A DNA stretch of 64,000 nt from an uncultured Gemmatimonadales bacterium (GTDB lineage: Bacteria; Gemmatimonadota; Gemmatimonadetes; Gemmatimonadales; Gemmatimonadaceae), in contig CAVPQB010000003.1 in NCBI GenBank assembly GCA_963707505.1, forward strand, positions 224,001-288,000, read 5' to 3'. A program made the translations under genes and the position numbers. Position 1 is the first letter of the stretch. Each line of letters opens with the position of its first letter. Positions 1-10,500 of this stretch are shown here, piece after piece. The notes below the pieces were generated by a model. It made no database searches, was not told where the DNA came from, and saw only the letters and a program-made list of their open reading frames with translations.

Positions 1-21
1 CTTGCAAGGCTGTTCTTTTTC

Positions 22-92
22 TGCCCCCTCGTCCAATGGCAGGACATCGGTCTTTGGATCCGAGAATGGTGGTTCGAATCCACCGGGGGCAA
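22..92 (+). tRNA. tRNA-Gln (anticodon TTG)
   Basis: Acceptor stem TGCCCCC(22-28)/GGGGGCA(85-91), D-arm GTCC..GGAC, anticodon loop CTTTGGA, T-loop GGTTCGAATCC. No encoded CCA. tRNA-Gln upstream of prs is a common arrangement. Confidence 0.93.
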
Positions 93-171
93 TGCAGTCG
101 GGGGTACCCCCAAATAGCACCTCTTATTGACCGGCGCCACAGGCGTCATTAACCTTAAAGGCTGTACAAAA

Positions 172-1126
172 ATGGACGGCCTGTCCGTACCGAGTCACGG
201 CGCCAAGCTTCTCTCCGGAACCGCCAACAAGGCGCTCGCCGAGGAGATTGCGCGTCACATGGGGATCGAGCTGTGCAAGGAACACGTCGACGCGATTCGC
301 GGACGGCGAGATCTTTGTCCGGATCGATGAAAACGTTCGCGGCAACGATGTGTTCATCGTTCAACCCACGAATCCGCCGGCTGACAACATCATGGAGCTG
401 CTGCTCATGATCGACGCAGCCCTTCGCGCCTCCGCCGCTCGGATGACTGTGGTCATGCCGTACTACGGTTATTCGCGACAGGACCGAAAGGATCAACCGC
501 GAGTTGCGATCGGCGCGAAGCTGGTGGCGAACATGATCCAGACGGCCGGCGCAGATCGAGTTGTGGGAGTGGATTTTCACCAGCATCAGCTTCAGGGGTT
601 CTTCGACATTCCCGTCGATCACCTCTACGCCGCGCCGGTGTTTACCGCACACTACAGAAAGAAGCAGTTGCTGGACCCGGTCGTCGTCGCACCCGACGTT
701 GGGAGCGCCAAGATGGCCCGTGGTTTCGCGAAGCGGCTCAACGCCACCTTCGCGATCATCGACAAGCGACGACCCAAGGCCAACGTGGCCGAAGTCGTCA
801 ACGTCGTTGGCGAGGTCGACGGCCGGGATTGTCTCCTGGTCGACGACATGATCGACACGGCGGGTACCATGTGTGAAGCGGCGCGCGCGCTCAAGGCTCT
901 TGGCGCGCGTGACGTGTATGTCTGCGCAACGCATGCGCTGTTTTCCGGCCCCGCCGTGGAACGGCTCAGCAGTGCGCCGATCACGGAGGTGGCGGTGACC
1001 GATACCGTGTGCATTCCGCCGGAGCGAACGTTCCCGACGCTGAAGATACTTTCGGTCGGAGAGCTTCTCTCCAAGGCGATTCGTTACATCCACTCCGAGC
1101 AGTCGGTCAGCTCGCTATTTGAATAG
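172..1126 (+). CDS. prs: Ribose-phosphate pyrophosphokinase (one frameshift near 280)
   Basis: The N-terminus (LLSGTANKALAEEIA) is in ORF 127..330. The rest (FADGEI, YSRQDRK, DFHQHQLQGFFD, PDVG, VDDMIDTAGT) is in ORF 248..1126. Confidence 0.93.
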
Positions 1127-1135
1127 GGGTCAAGC

Positions 1136-1795
1136 ATGGCAACAGCATCACTCACCGCAACTCGCCGCACCGGCACCGGAAAGGGCAACGCCCGCTCGCT
1201 TCGTCGCGAGGGCCAGGTCCCTGCGGTCATCTACGGACATGCGCGCGAATCGCAGCCGCTCGCCGTCTCGGCGCGCGATCTCGAGAAGCTGCTGTCACAC
1301 ATCTCGGCCGACAACACGGTTGTCGAGCTGGCGGTAGAGGGCGCCACGTCCCGCGCACTCATTCGCGAGATCCAGCGCCATCCGTTCAAGCGCGCGATCC
1401 TGCACATCGACTTTCAGGAGATCGTCGCTGGCGAGATGATGACGGTGCGCGTCCCGCTCCGCCTCATCGGCACCCCGGTCGGCGTTCGTCTCGGCGGCGG
1501 CATCATCGATCACCCGCTTCGTGAGCTCACCATCTCGGTCGATCCGGCCAAGATGCCGAACCAGATCGAGATCGACATCACGGACCTCAACCTTGGCGAC
1601 TCGATCCACGTGAGCGAGGTCAAGGTTCCAGACGGCGTCACCGTCCTGGACGATCCCGGCGCAGCAGTCGTCGTCATCGCAACGCCGCGCGCAGCGGTCG
1701 AAGCGGTTGCGGCGGAAGTCGAGCCGACGTCGGCCGAGCCGGAAGTCATTCGCGCCAAGAAGCCCGAAGAGGGTGCAGAGCCCGAGAAGAAGTAA
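1136..1795 (+). CDS. rplY: 50S ribosomal protein L25/Ctc
   Basis: GKGNARSLRREGQVPAVIYG, IQRHP, HIDF and the C-terminal beta domain; lies between prs and pth. Confidence 0.95.
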   Translation: MATASLTATRRTGTGKGNARSLRREGQVPAVIYGHARESQPLAVSARDLEKLLSHISADNTVVELAVEGATSRALIREIQRHPFKRAILHIDFQEIVAGEMMTVRVPLRLIGTPVGVRLGGGIIDHPLRELTISVDPAKMPNQIEIDITDLNLGDSIHVSEVKVPDGVTVLDDPGAAVVVIATPRAAVEAVAAEVEPTSAEPEVIRAKKPEEGAEPEKK

Positions 1796-1814
1796 CTCAC
1801 TCGTGCAACGTCAG

Positions 1815-1841
1815 AGGGCGGGCAACTCGCCCGCCCTTTTT
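1815..1841 (+). terminator. Intrinsic terminator after rplY
   Basis: Stem AGGGCGGGC/GCCCGCCCT followed by a T run. Confidence 0.75.
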
Positions 1842-1857
1842 CGTATCCGCGATCAAT

Positions 1858-1895
1858 CGTGAAACTCACCCGTGAAACTCAGCCCGTGAAACTCA
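1858..1895 (+). repeat. Three direct copies of CGTGAAACTCA spanning the pth start
   Basis: GTG of each copy at 1859, 1872 and 1886. Confidence 0.85.
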
Positions 1896-2456
1896 TCGTC
1901 GGACTCGGCAACCCCGGCCGCGAATACGCGGCGACGCGCCACAACGTGGGCTGGTGGCTGGTGGATCACCTCGCCGAACGCTGGCACTTTGACGGCTGGC
2001 GGAAGGACGGCGACGCGCAGGTGTCGAGCGGAATGCTTGGCAACGTGAAAGTGCGGTTGATGAAGCCGCAGACGTTCATGAACCTGAGCGGCGACGCGCT
2101 GCGCCCCTACACGCGCCGCGCATTCTGGGCGCCGGCGACGGATCTGTTGGTGATCTCGGATGAAGTTGCGCTGCCGGTCGGACGGTATCGCACGCGCGCA
2201 AAGGGGAGTGCCGGTGGACACAACGGATTGAAGAGTGTCGAGCACGTGCTCAAGACACGGGATTACGCGCGCCTCCGCATCGGAGTCGGCCCAGCCGCCG
2301 ATCGCGCGATAAGCGGAGATCTCGCAGACTTCGTGCTTGCGCCGTTCGGCAAGATGGAGCGCGAGGAGATAATGTCACTGCATGCCGTCGCTTACAGATG
2401 TGTGCGAGATCTGGGCGAAAGGTGACGTCGAAGCAGCCATGCGGTTGAACAACTAG
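1886..2456 (+). CDS. pth: Peptidyl-tRNA hydrolase (frameshift near 2381)
   Basis: [40 protein letters not shown]. Removing one base near 2381 gives a Pth-like tail ([24 protein letters not shown]) ending at TAG 2456. Confidence 0.92.
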
Positions 2457-2458
2457 GA

Positions 2459-2513
2459 TGGGGACGGAGTGGGGACGGAGTGGGGACGGAGTGGGGACGG
2501 AGTGGGGACGGAC
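2459..2513 (+). repeat. Tandem repeat, 5 x 11 bp TGGGGACGGAG
   Basis: Four perfect copies plus one ending in C, with no spacers, between pth and ychF. Confidence 0.95.
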
Positions 2514-2544
2514 TCCGCAGTATTGTACTTACATCGAAGATCAA

Positions 2545-3646
2545 ATGTTAAAGCTCGGCATCGTAGGACTCCCAAACGTCGGAAAATCGACACTCTTCAA
2601 CGCGCTTACGGCTGCGAGTGCGGAGGCGGCGAACTATCCGTTCTGCACCGTCGAGCCGAACGTCGGGATGGTGGAAGTTCCCGACGCGCGACTGGGCAAG
2701 CTCGCCGATATCGTTCATCCAAAAAAAATCGTTCCCGCTGTCGTGCAGTTCGTCGACATCGCCGGCCTGGTCAAGGGCGCGGCTGATGGTGAAGGACTTG
2801 GCAACAAGTTTCTCGCGAACATTCGCGAGACCGACGCGATCGTTCATGTCGTCCGCTGCTTCGACGATGAGGACGTGACGCACGTGATGGGCAGCGTCGA
2901 TCCCGCGCGCGATCGCGAGGTGATCGAGTTCGAGCTCGCCATCGCGGACCTGGGAACACTCGAGAAGCGTCTCGACAAGACGCGTCGCACAGCCAAGACC
3001 GGCGACAAGGATGCAGCAGCAGAACTCGTCGTGCTGGAGCGGGCAAATGATTTCCTCAAGGAAGGACGTGGACTGTGGCACGCTTCACTCACGGCTCGAC
3101 GAAAAGGAATTGCTCGCGCCACTGACGTTGTTGACCGTCAAGCCCGTATTGTATGCGGCGAACGTCAGCGACGCCGAGCTCACCGGCGAGGAAGGCAAGT
3201 ATCTGACGGCACTACGCGCCGCGGTTGCCGCTAGCGGAGAAGAGGCGGAGATCGTTCCCTTCTCAGCCAAGATCGAGGCAGAGCTCGCGGAGCTGCCACC
3301 GGAAGATCGCGGAGACTTTCTCGCGTCGCTTGGACTGGAGAGCGCCGGACTGGATCGCCTCATTCGCGCCGGATATCACCTGCTCGGGCTGCAGACCTAC
3401 TTCACCGCCGGAGAGCAGGAAGTCCGTGCGTGGACCATACATCGCGGTGACACGGCGCCACAGGCTGCCGGAGTGATCCACACCGACTTCGAGCGCGGCT
3501 TCATCAAGTCAGATACGGTCGCATTCGACGCCTTCATCGCGGATGGCGGGTGGAAGGATGCGCGCGAGAAGGGCGATGTGAGATCGGAAGGAAAGGAGTA
3601 CGTTGTGAAGGATGGCGATGTGCTGCTATTCAAGTTCAACGTCTAG
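2545..3646 (+). CDS. ychF: Ribosome-binding ATPase YchF (frameshift near 3090)
   Basis: [30 protein letters not shown] and GLGNKFL in ORF 2458..3234; [19 protein letters not shown] and VKDGDV in ORF 3011..3646. Confidence 0.95.
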
Positions 3647-3649
3647 ACA

Positions 3650-4459
3650 ATGGATATCGGGCGCGTCAACGATGCGGTGAATGAGGGATGGGCGCATGTG
3701 CGCGACACTCCCGGATATCTATCGGAGCGTGAAGCACGATTCATCATGACGGCGCTCGCGCTTGCTCCCGCAGAAGGCGCGAACGTGGAGATCGGAAGCT
3801 TCAAGGGACGCTCGACAGTCGGGCTCGGAACCGTCGCGCGCATACTTGGGCTGGATCCCGTGCACGCGATCGATCCACACACATCGCCATCGGTGACCGA
3901 TCCCAACCTGAATGGCGCGGCGACGTCGTACGATGATTTCATAACGCACGTTGAGCGCGCTGGTAGCAGCACACACGTCGTACCACACCGTGCCTTCTCG
4001 CACGACGTGGCAAGAACGTGGGCTAAGCCGATTCGTTTCCTATGGGTTGACGGTGACCATACGTACGACGGCGCACACGCGGACATCGAGATGTTCAAGC
4101 CGTTTCTCGCCGACGGTGCAGTCGTCGCGATGCACGATGTACTCGGCACATTCGAAGGCTCGCTTCGCGTATTCGTGGAAGATCTTCTCGACTCCGATGA
4201 TTTTGGTCCCGCGGGGTTCAGCGGATCGATCGGCTGGGCGCAGTTTCGGCCGCGCGATGGGCATGCACTCGGATACCGCCTGCAACGTCGTTTGCTCGCG
4301 ATACCTGCTCGCCGATTGATTCCGGTCGCACGGAGCGGGCGCAATCTCGCTGGTTGGAACAAGTACGTCTACAAGTTCTGGCGTCCGCTGGCGCCGCATG
4401 GGGATGTGAGAGCGGAACGGCTCGCAGGCAAGCTCCGAATCAAACCAGCGGATCTATAG
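3650..4459 (+). CDS. Class I SAM-dependent methyltransferase (Methyltransf_24-like)
   Basis: VEIGSFKGRST, AIDPH, WVDGDHTYDG and MHD motifs. Confidence 0.8.
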   Translation: MDIGRVNDAVNEGWAHVRDTPGYLSEREARFIMTALALAPAEGANVEIGSFKGRSTVGLGTVARILGLDPVHAIDPHTSPSVTDPNLNGAATSYDDFITHVERAGSSTHVVPHRAFSHDVARTWAKPIRFLWVDGDHTYDGAHADIEMFKPFLADGAVVAMHDVLGTFEGSLRVFVEDLLDSDDFGPAGFSGSIGWAQFRPRDGHALGYRLQRRLLAIPARRLIPVARSGRNLAGWNKYVYKFWRPLAPHGDVRAERLAGKLRIKPADL

Positions 4460-4653
4460 CGAGATGCCCGCGATCAAGCCGAAGCGGGTTTAAACCGGAC
4501 TTTGTAAATCGCGAATTCGACGGAGGGACCCCTGATAACGTGAATTCATCGCCGATTGGTCATTGTTCGTAGCAAACATACCCAGCATGTGATGGCGGGC
4601 AACCGTGACATGGCCCCCGTGGAGCTCGATGGTTGTCGTCGAAGGCGGTCCCA

Positions 4654-4662
4654 TGCTATATT
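4654..4662 (+). promoter_or_regulatory. Extended -10 promoter element for the rpsF operon
   Basis: TGCTATATT (TGn + TATATT) about 85 nt upstream of the rpsF ATG. Confidence 0.5.
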
Positions 4663-4683
4663 TCAAGGCTACACAAAAACCCA

Positions 4684-4740
4684 TCCCTTCCCTCGGTTAC
4701 GGCAACCACCCGGGGGCGGTTATGACCACAAGGAGGATTG
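4684..4740 (+). promoter_or_regulatory. Putative S6:S18 autoregulatory leader RNA
   Basis: Layout CCTT-CCC-hairpin-GGG-GCGG...CC-ACAAGGAGG, with CCTT able to pair into the Shine-Dalgarno region, directly upstream of rpsF. Resembles known rpsF leaders. Confidence 0.55.
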
Positions 4741-4747
4741 CCAGCAC

Positions 4748-5119
4748 ATGACTCGTGAATACGAGGCGGTGTATATCTTCGATTCTGCACTCGAAGACGC
4801 CGCCATCACCGAGAAGCTGAGCCGCCATCACGGCCTGCTCAGTCTCACCGAAGACGCCAAGCTCGACATCTGGGGCCGCCGTCAGCTCGCCTACAAGATT
4901 GGCCGGCATGAGAATGGCTACTATGTCGTAGCGCGCTTCGCCGCCGACACGACGACGCTGCCCGAGTTCGAGCGCTCGCTCAAGCTCGATGACGGCGTCA
5001 TCCGCTATCTCATCAGCCTCTACGAGCACGAGCTCGGCGTTCCCGCCGATCGTGTCGAAGCCAACGCCGCGCGCGCCCGCGCCCTGGCGGAAGAAGAAGA
5101 CGACGAGGACGAGGACTAA
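4748..5119 (+). CDS. rpsF: 30S ribosomal protein S6
   Basis: REYEAVYI, WGRRQLAYKI, GYY, VIRYL; AGGAGG RBS; acidic tail. Confidence 0.95.
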   Translation: MTREYEAVYIFDSALEDAAITEKLSRHHGLLSLTEDAKLDIWGRRQLAYKIGRHENGYYVVARFAADTTTLPEFERSLKLDDGVIRYLISLYEHELGVPADRVEANAARARALAEEEDDEDED

Positions 5120-5122
5120 CCC

Positions 5123-5347
5123 ATGGCCAGACGCAACAAGAAGGTCTCACCGGTTCTGGAAGCCGGCATCCGCTTCATCGACTACAAGGACGAGCGCTTT
5201 CTCAGCCGCTTCATTACCGAGAATGGCAAGATCCTTCCCGGGCGCCTGAGCGGCGTCGATGCTCGGCATCAGCGCCAGCTGGCGCGCGCCATCAAGCGTG
5301 CTCGCTACCTCGCCCTGCTTCCGTACACGAGGAGCCAGGGCGCGTAG
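5123..5347 (+). CDS. rpsR: 30S ribosomal protein S18
   Basis: [35 protein letters not shown]. Confidence 0.96.
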   Translation: MARRNKKVSPVLEAGIRFIDYKDERFLSRFITENGKILPGRLSGVDARHQRQLARAIKRARYLALLPYTRSQGA

Positions 5348-5366
5348 TCAGGCGCTCGATCAAGCT

Positions 5367-6377
5367 GTGTCACGTCTCCTCGCACCTGGTTGGCGAGCCG
5401 CGCTCCTCGCGCTCTTCGCCTTCCTCGTGCTCCCGGACTTCCCGAGCGCGCTGCGGTCGGTAGTACCGATCACGGAAACGTGGATTCTGCTCGCTGCGAC
5501 GCTCGCGGTTTGTGCGGCGCTGGGCTGGTGGAACGGTGGCGGCATCTGGCTGGCCGTCGTCGCGATTGTTCTGGCTTGGTATGCCGCCACAAGCCCCGTC
5601 GGACCGGGACCTGGCAGCTACCGATCACTGGTACACGGATGGACGCTGCTGCTGGCGGCGTCGTTCGGCCTCGCGTCGCTGCTGACGCCGGGCGACAAGT
5701 TTCTGATCAGGGCGCTGTCGGCTCTCGGAATCGCATCGGTCGTGGCGTTCGCGGTAACTATCTCGACGCCTGATGGGATTCCGTCGGTCCGGTCGGTGAT
5801 GAAGACTGAGTTCAACCGCCGTACCGACGAAACCGTGGCTGTCGTGAACGACATGGCGGCATCTCCGGTTTGGCAGCGAGCGGTCGAGCGCAGTCCAAGC
5901 CTCGACAGTATGGTCAAGTCGAACGAGGCTGATCTGCGCACGATCGCGAGCCGCTCCGCGCGTACGGTTCCAGCGCTGGTAGCACTGGAGTCGCTGCTGG
6001 CTCTGGCGCTCGCGTGGGTGATCTATCACCGAGTCGCCTCGGCCGATCTTGGGCCGGCGCTCGGCGCGGTAAAGCAGTTTCGCTTCAACGATCAGCTCGT
6101 CTGGGGCCTGGCCGTTGGCGCGACGATCTTCTTCCTTCCGGTATTTGCGGAGGGACGGGACGCTGGACTGAACTTGCTGGTGTTTTTCGGTGCCCTGTAT
6201 CTCTTTCGCGGTGTTGGCGTACTGTCGTTCATGACACGCGGAAAGTGGGCTGCGACGCTCCTGATCGTCATGACGGTCTTTGCGCCGCTCCTGCTCGGAG
6301 CGCTGGCGCTGGGTGTTGGTGTAGGCGATACGTGGATGGACTGGCGCACTCGCGCGAATGTGGATACGACCAGGTGA
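5367..6377 (+). CDS. DUF2232/YybS-like polytopic membrane protein
   Basis: Many hydrophobic segments, C-terminal GVGDTWMDWR motif, and position between rpsR and rplI. The GTG 5367 start is inferred. Confidence 0.7.
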   Translation: MSRLLAPGWRAALLALFAFLVLPDFPSALRSVVPITETWILLAATLAVCAALGWWNGGGIWLAVVAIVLAWYAATSPVGPGPGSYRSLVHGWTLLLAASFGLASLLTPGDKFLIRALSALGIASVVAFAVTISTPDGIPSVRSVMKTEFNRRTDETVAVVNDMAASPVWQRAVERSPSLDSMVKSNEADLRTIASRSARTVPALVALESLLALALAWVIYHRVASADLGPALGAVKQFRFNDQLVWGLAVGATIFFLPVFAEGRDAGLNLLVFFGALYLFRGVGVLSFMTRGKWAATLLIVMTVFAPLLLGALALGVGVGDTWMDWRTRANVDTTR

Positions 6378-6423
6378 TGGTCGACGTTCAACAAGACGTT
6401 CAACAAACGGAGTTGAGGTAAAC

Positions 6424-6867
6424 ATGGAAGTCATTCTTCGGCAGGCGGTCGAGAAGCTCGGCCACACAGGCGACGTCGTGAGCGTCTCGAACGGTTACGG
6501 CCGCAACTATCTCCTTCCCCGCGGCGTCGCGTATCTCGCGACCGAGGGCAACAAGCGCAAGATCGAGCAGGAGCGCCAGCGGCTCGAGACGGCCGAAGAG
6601 GCACGCCGCGGCTCAGCGCGCGAGCTCGCGGAGAAGCTGGAACAGGTATCGCTCACCTTCTCGGCGCGCGTGGGCGAGGAAGGCAAGCTGTTTGGCTCGG
6701 TCACGTCGAGCGATATCGCCGCTCAGCTCGCCGCCCAGGGGCTGCACGTTGAGAAGCGCCAGATCGAGCTTCACGAGCCCATCAAGGCCCTCGGCGTCTA
6801 TCGCGTGCCTGTCCGACTGCACGCCGACGTACACCCCGAGATCAAGGTCTGGGTCATCAAGCAGTAG
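6424..6867 (+). CDS. rplI: 50S ribosomal protein L9
   Basis: MEVIL, GYGRNYLLPRG, GKLFGSVT, PIKALG; GAGG RBS. Confidence 0.96.
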   Translation: MEVILRQAVEKLGHTGDVVSVSNGYGRNYLLPRGVAYLATEGNKRKIEQERQRLETAEEARRGSARELAEKLEQVSLTFSARVGEEGKLFGSVTSSDIAAQLAAQGLHVEKRQIELHEPIKALGVYRVPVRLHADVHPEIKVWVIKQ

Positions 6868-7132
6868 GGCGCGTAGGGAAGCCGTGCACGTCGGACGACG
6901 GCTTTCTCGGGGATGACGGCTGCCCTGTGACCCCTATCGGGGGATGGCGGGTCTTAACTGACCTCCATCCCCCGCCGTCATATAGCCACACACCGCGCCA
7001 GACCCGCCGCTCGTCCCGTAGTGCAAACGCCCGCGCTACCATTGGCGCACGAAATGCGGTTTCGTGTGTAGAATTAGCGCCGTGGAGTACACCGGGCGAA
7101 AATCGTAATCCGAATCCCGTTTCAGGAGTAGA

Positions 7133-7519
7133 ATGGCCGCCACAACCGCTTCGACTTCCCTCGCCGCCGCGCAACGCGCAGCGGCCATATGTGTCGACGT
7201 AAAAGCGAACGACGTAGTTATCCTGAATCTCGAAGGTGTCAGCGACATGACTGATTGCTTTCTGATTGCAAGCGGCACTTCAGACACGCACGTGCGCTCG
7301 ATCGCGGAGCACGTGATGGCCGAATTGCGCAAACAGGGAATGCGTGCGCATCACGTCGAGGGATTGAGTCAGGGGCGGTGGGTGCTTCTGGATTACGTCG
7401 ATTTCCTGGTGCACATCTTTCATCCCACGTTGCGCGAGTTCTACCAGCTCGAGCGGCTGTGGGGCGACGCGGAAGTCGTCCCGGTCAAGGCTGAGCAAGT
7501 CACGGAGAGTATAAAATGA
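7133..7519 (+). CDS. rsfS: Ribosome silencing factor RsfS
   Basis: DCFLIASGTS, WVLLDY, VHIF, REFYQLERLW; AGGAG RBS. Confidence 0.93.
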   Translation: MAATTASTSLAAAQRAAAICVDVKANDVVILNLEGVSDMTDCFLIASGTSDTHVRSIAEHVMAELRKQGMRAHHVEGLSQGRWVLLDYVDFLVHIFHPTLREFYQLERLWGDAEVVPVKAEQVTESIK

Positions 7520-10500
7520 CTGTCGCGTCGCGGGTGTTCGGAGTGCTGGCCGCTGCTGCGTTGCTGGTTTCCGCAGCACCGGCGAGCGCACAGCGTTACT
7601 TCGGGCAGAATCAGGTCAAATACCGTTACTTCCGCTGGCGTGTTCTGGAGACCGAGCACTTCCTGATTCACTACTATCCAGAAGAGAAGCTGCCCGTACA
7701 CGACGCGGCACGCATGGCGGAGCGATCGTACTCCCGTCTTTCGCGCCTGCTGGGTCATCAGTTCCGCGAAAAGAAGCCGATCCTGCTCTACGCCTCGCGC
7801 CAGGATTTCGGTCAGAGCAACATCAACGGCGATCTCGGCGAGGGCGTCGGCGGCGTGACCGAGCCGATGCGCCAAAGAATCGAGCTTCCATTTACTGGCG
7901 ACTACGACAGCTTCGAGCACGTGCTGACGCACGAGATGGTGCACCAGTTCCAGTTCGACGTGTTTGCGGAAGGCAAGGCTGGCGCGAACATCCAGAATCT
8001 CGAGCAGGTGAATCCTCCCGGATGGTTCATGGAAGGAATGGCCGAGTACCTGTCGCTCGGACCGAACCATCCGCTGACGACCATGTGGATCAGGAATGCC
8101 GTCGAGAACGGCAGCATGCCCACGATCAAGCAGATGACGGACGACCCGAACGACTACTTCCCCTATCGGTACGGTGAGGCGCTCTGGCGCTACATCGGCG
8201 AGCGCTGGGGCGACGGTGCGATCGGCGAGATACTGCAGAGCGTAACGACGATGGGGATCGACCGCGGCTTCGAGCACGAGCTCGGCATCACCCTTCCCCA
8301 GTTGAGCGACCAGTGGCGTGCAGCAACGCGTGAGGAATATCTTCCGCAGCTCGCGTCGATGCAGCGCGTGCGTGACTTCGCGACTCCGCTACTCACCCCG
8401 AAGATCACGGGGGGCTCGATCTTCATCGCGCCCGTGCTGTCACCGGACGGAAAGACCATCGCGTTCCTGTCGAACGGAAGCGTGAAGAAGGGCGAGATAT
8501 TCATCGATCTTTACCTTGGCGACGCAACCACCGGCAAGCGAATCAAGCGCTTGGTAAAGACGACGACCAATCCTCGATTCGAGGAGCTGCGATTGCTGTA
8601 TTCGCAGGGCTCCTTCTCGCCGGACAGCAAGAAATTCGCGTTCACGGCACAAACCGAAGGACGTGACGTACTCTCGATCGCGGACGTCGCAACCGGTGAC
8701 GTGGTGCAGTACGACAAGCTTCCGCTGGACGGAGTGCTGAGTCCGTCATATTCACCCGACGGCAAGCACATCGTCTTCAGCGGCTTCGCCGACGGAATCA
8801 CGGATCTCTACATCGTCGATGCCGATGGCAAGAATCTGCGCCGTCTCACGAGCGACCGTTATGGCGACGCGATGCCGTCGTGGTCCCCTGACGGTACGCG
8901 CATCGCATACGCCACGGACCGCGCGAGCACCGATCTCCCTTCGCTCAAGCTGGGCAAGATGCAGATCGCCGTGTACGACCTGCAGAGTGGTACGAGCGAA
9001 GTGCTTCCCGGACAGAAGGGACTCAGCATCAATCCGGTGTGGTCGCCGGACAGCAAGTCAATCGCATATGTGTCCGATCGTAATGGAACGCCCAACATCT
9101 ACCTGCACGATCTCTCGTCGAATCAGGATCTGCGCGTAACTAATGTGCAGTCCGGAATCAGCCAGTTCACGGAGACGAGTCCCGTGATGAGCTGGTCGCG
9201 CGCGACTAACCGTCTTGCCTTCACTTACTTCGATCGCAACGACTTCACAGTCTGGTACATAGACAACCCGCAGCAGTACGCGACTGCGATTCCGGCACAG
9301 CCTGCTGCTACGGTCGCATCCGCTGGTGCACCCACGACGCCGGTTCGGGACTCGACGCCCGGTCGCGCGAGCAACGCGACCTCGACATACAGGTCCGCGA
9401 ATGGCTCGCGCCAGTCCGGCACGCTATCGGAGGCCGAGAAGTCCGATAGCACCAACGTATCGAGCGTCGCGACGCTGCTGGCAGACCCGGTGACGGGCAT
9501 GCCGGACACGCTCACGTTCAAGGATTATCCGTACCGCGTGAGCTTCCAGCCCGACTACATCTCGGGTGGCACGGTCGGCGTGTCGACGGGTGGGGGATAT
9601 GGCACGCAGTATGGCGGCGGAACGACGCTCGTCTTCAGCGATCTCACGGGCGATCATCAGCTTGCGGTTGGTGGCGGCGTGTATGGTCGGATACAGGATG
9701 CAAGTCTGCTGCTCGCGTACGCGAACATGAGTCACCGCTGGCAGTACATAACAGGCGTATCGCAGGATGTTGCGTATCTCAACACGGCCGCGCAGGTATC
9801 ACCAGATGGCACGCAGTACCAGTACCAGTTCCTCCGTTACGTGATGAGAAGTGCGTCGATTACCGCTGCGTATCCGTTGAACCGGTTCCAGCGGTTCGAG
9901 CTTGGACTCGGCGCAAGCGCGATCGGACGTGGTTTCGTTACGCAGACGTACGACATCTACGGCAATGCGTCGCAATCGAATGGGACGTCGCTCGGCACGC
10001 TGTCTTTCCTGTCACCCAACGCTGCGTACGTTACCGACAACTCTCTATTCGGCGTTACCGGGCCGGTAAGTGGGCGGCGCATGCGCTTCGCGGTATCGCC
10101 CGCGATCGGCAATCTCAAGTTCATCAACTACACGGCCGACTATCGGCGATACGATCCGGTCGTGTTCAATACGCTGACATTCGCGACACGCCTCTTCTTC
10201 GATGGCTCGTACGGACGCGACGCATACCAGCTTCCGATCTACGTGGGTAGTCCGGACTTCGTGCGCGGATACGACCAATCGAGTTTCTACGGTGGCTATT
10301 CGTGCTCGTCGTTCCTCAATACGGGCAGCGTGTATGCAAACGGCTGCTCGGCGCCGCAACTGATCGGAACGCGCGCGGTCGTATTCAACGAGGAGTTGCG
10401 GTTCCCCATCATCCGGCGCTTCGATCTTGGAGCACTTCCGATCGGAATACCGCCCGTTGACGGCGCACTGTTCTATGATGCGGGTCTTGCATGGAACGCG

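Noticed and set aside
2459..2513. CRISPR array, or an N-terminal extension of YchF (ORF start 2458)
   Set aside because: The 11-bp units have no spacers and no cas genes are present. YchF homology starts at ATG 2545.
4490..4684. Small minus-strand ORF upstream of rpsF
   Set aside because: It has no RBS or recognisable motif and overlaps the rpsF promoter region.
6873..7017. 6S RNA
   Set aside because: It is rod-like, but I cannot identify the symmetric central bubble or conserved 6S motifs. Kept only as an unnamed structured element.
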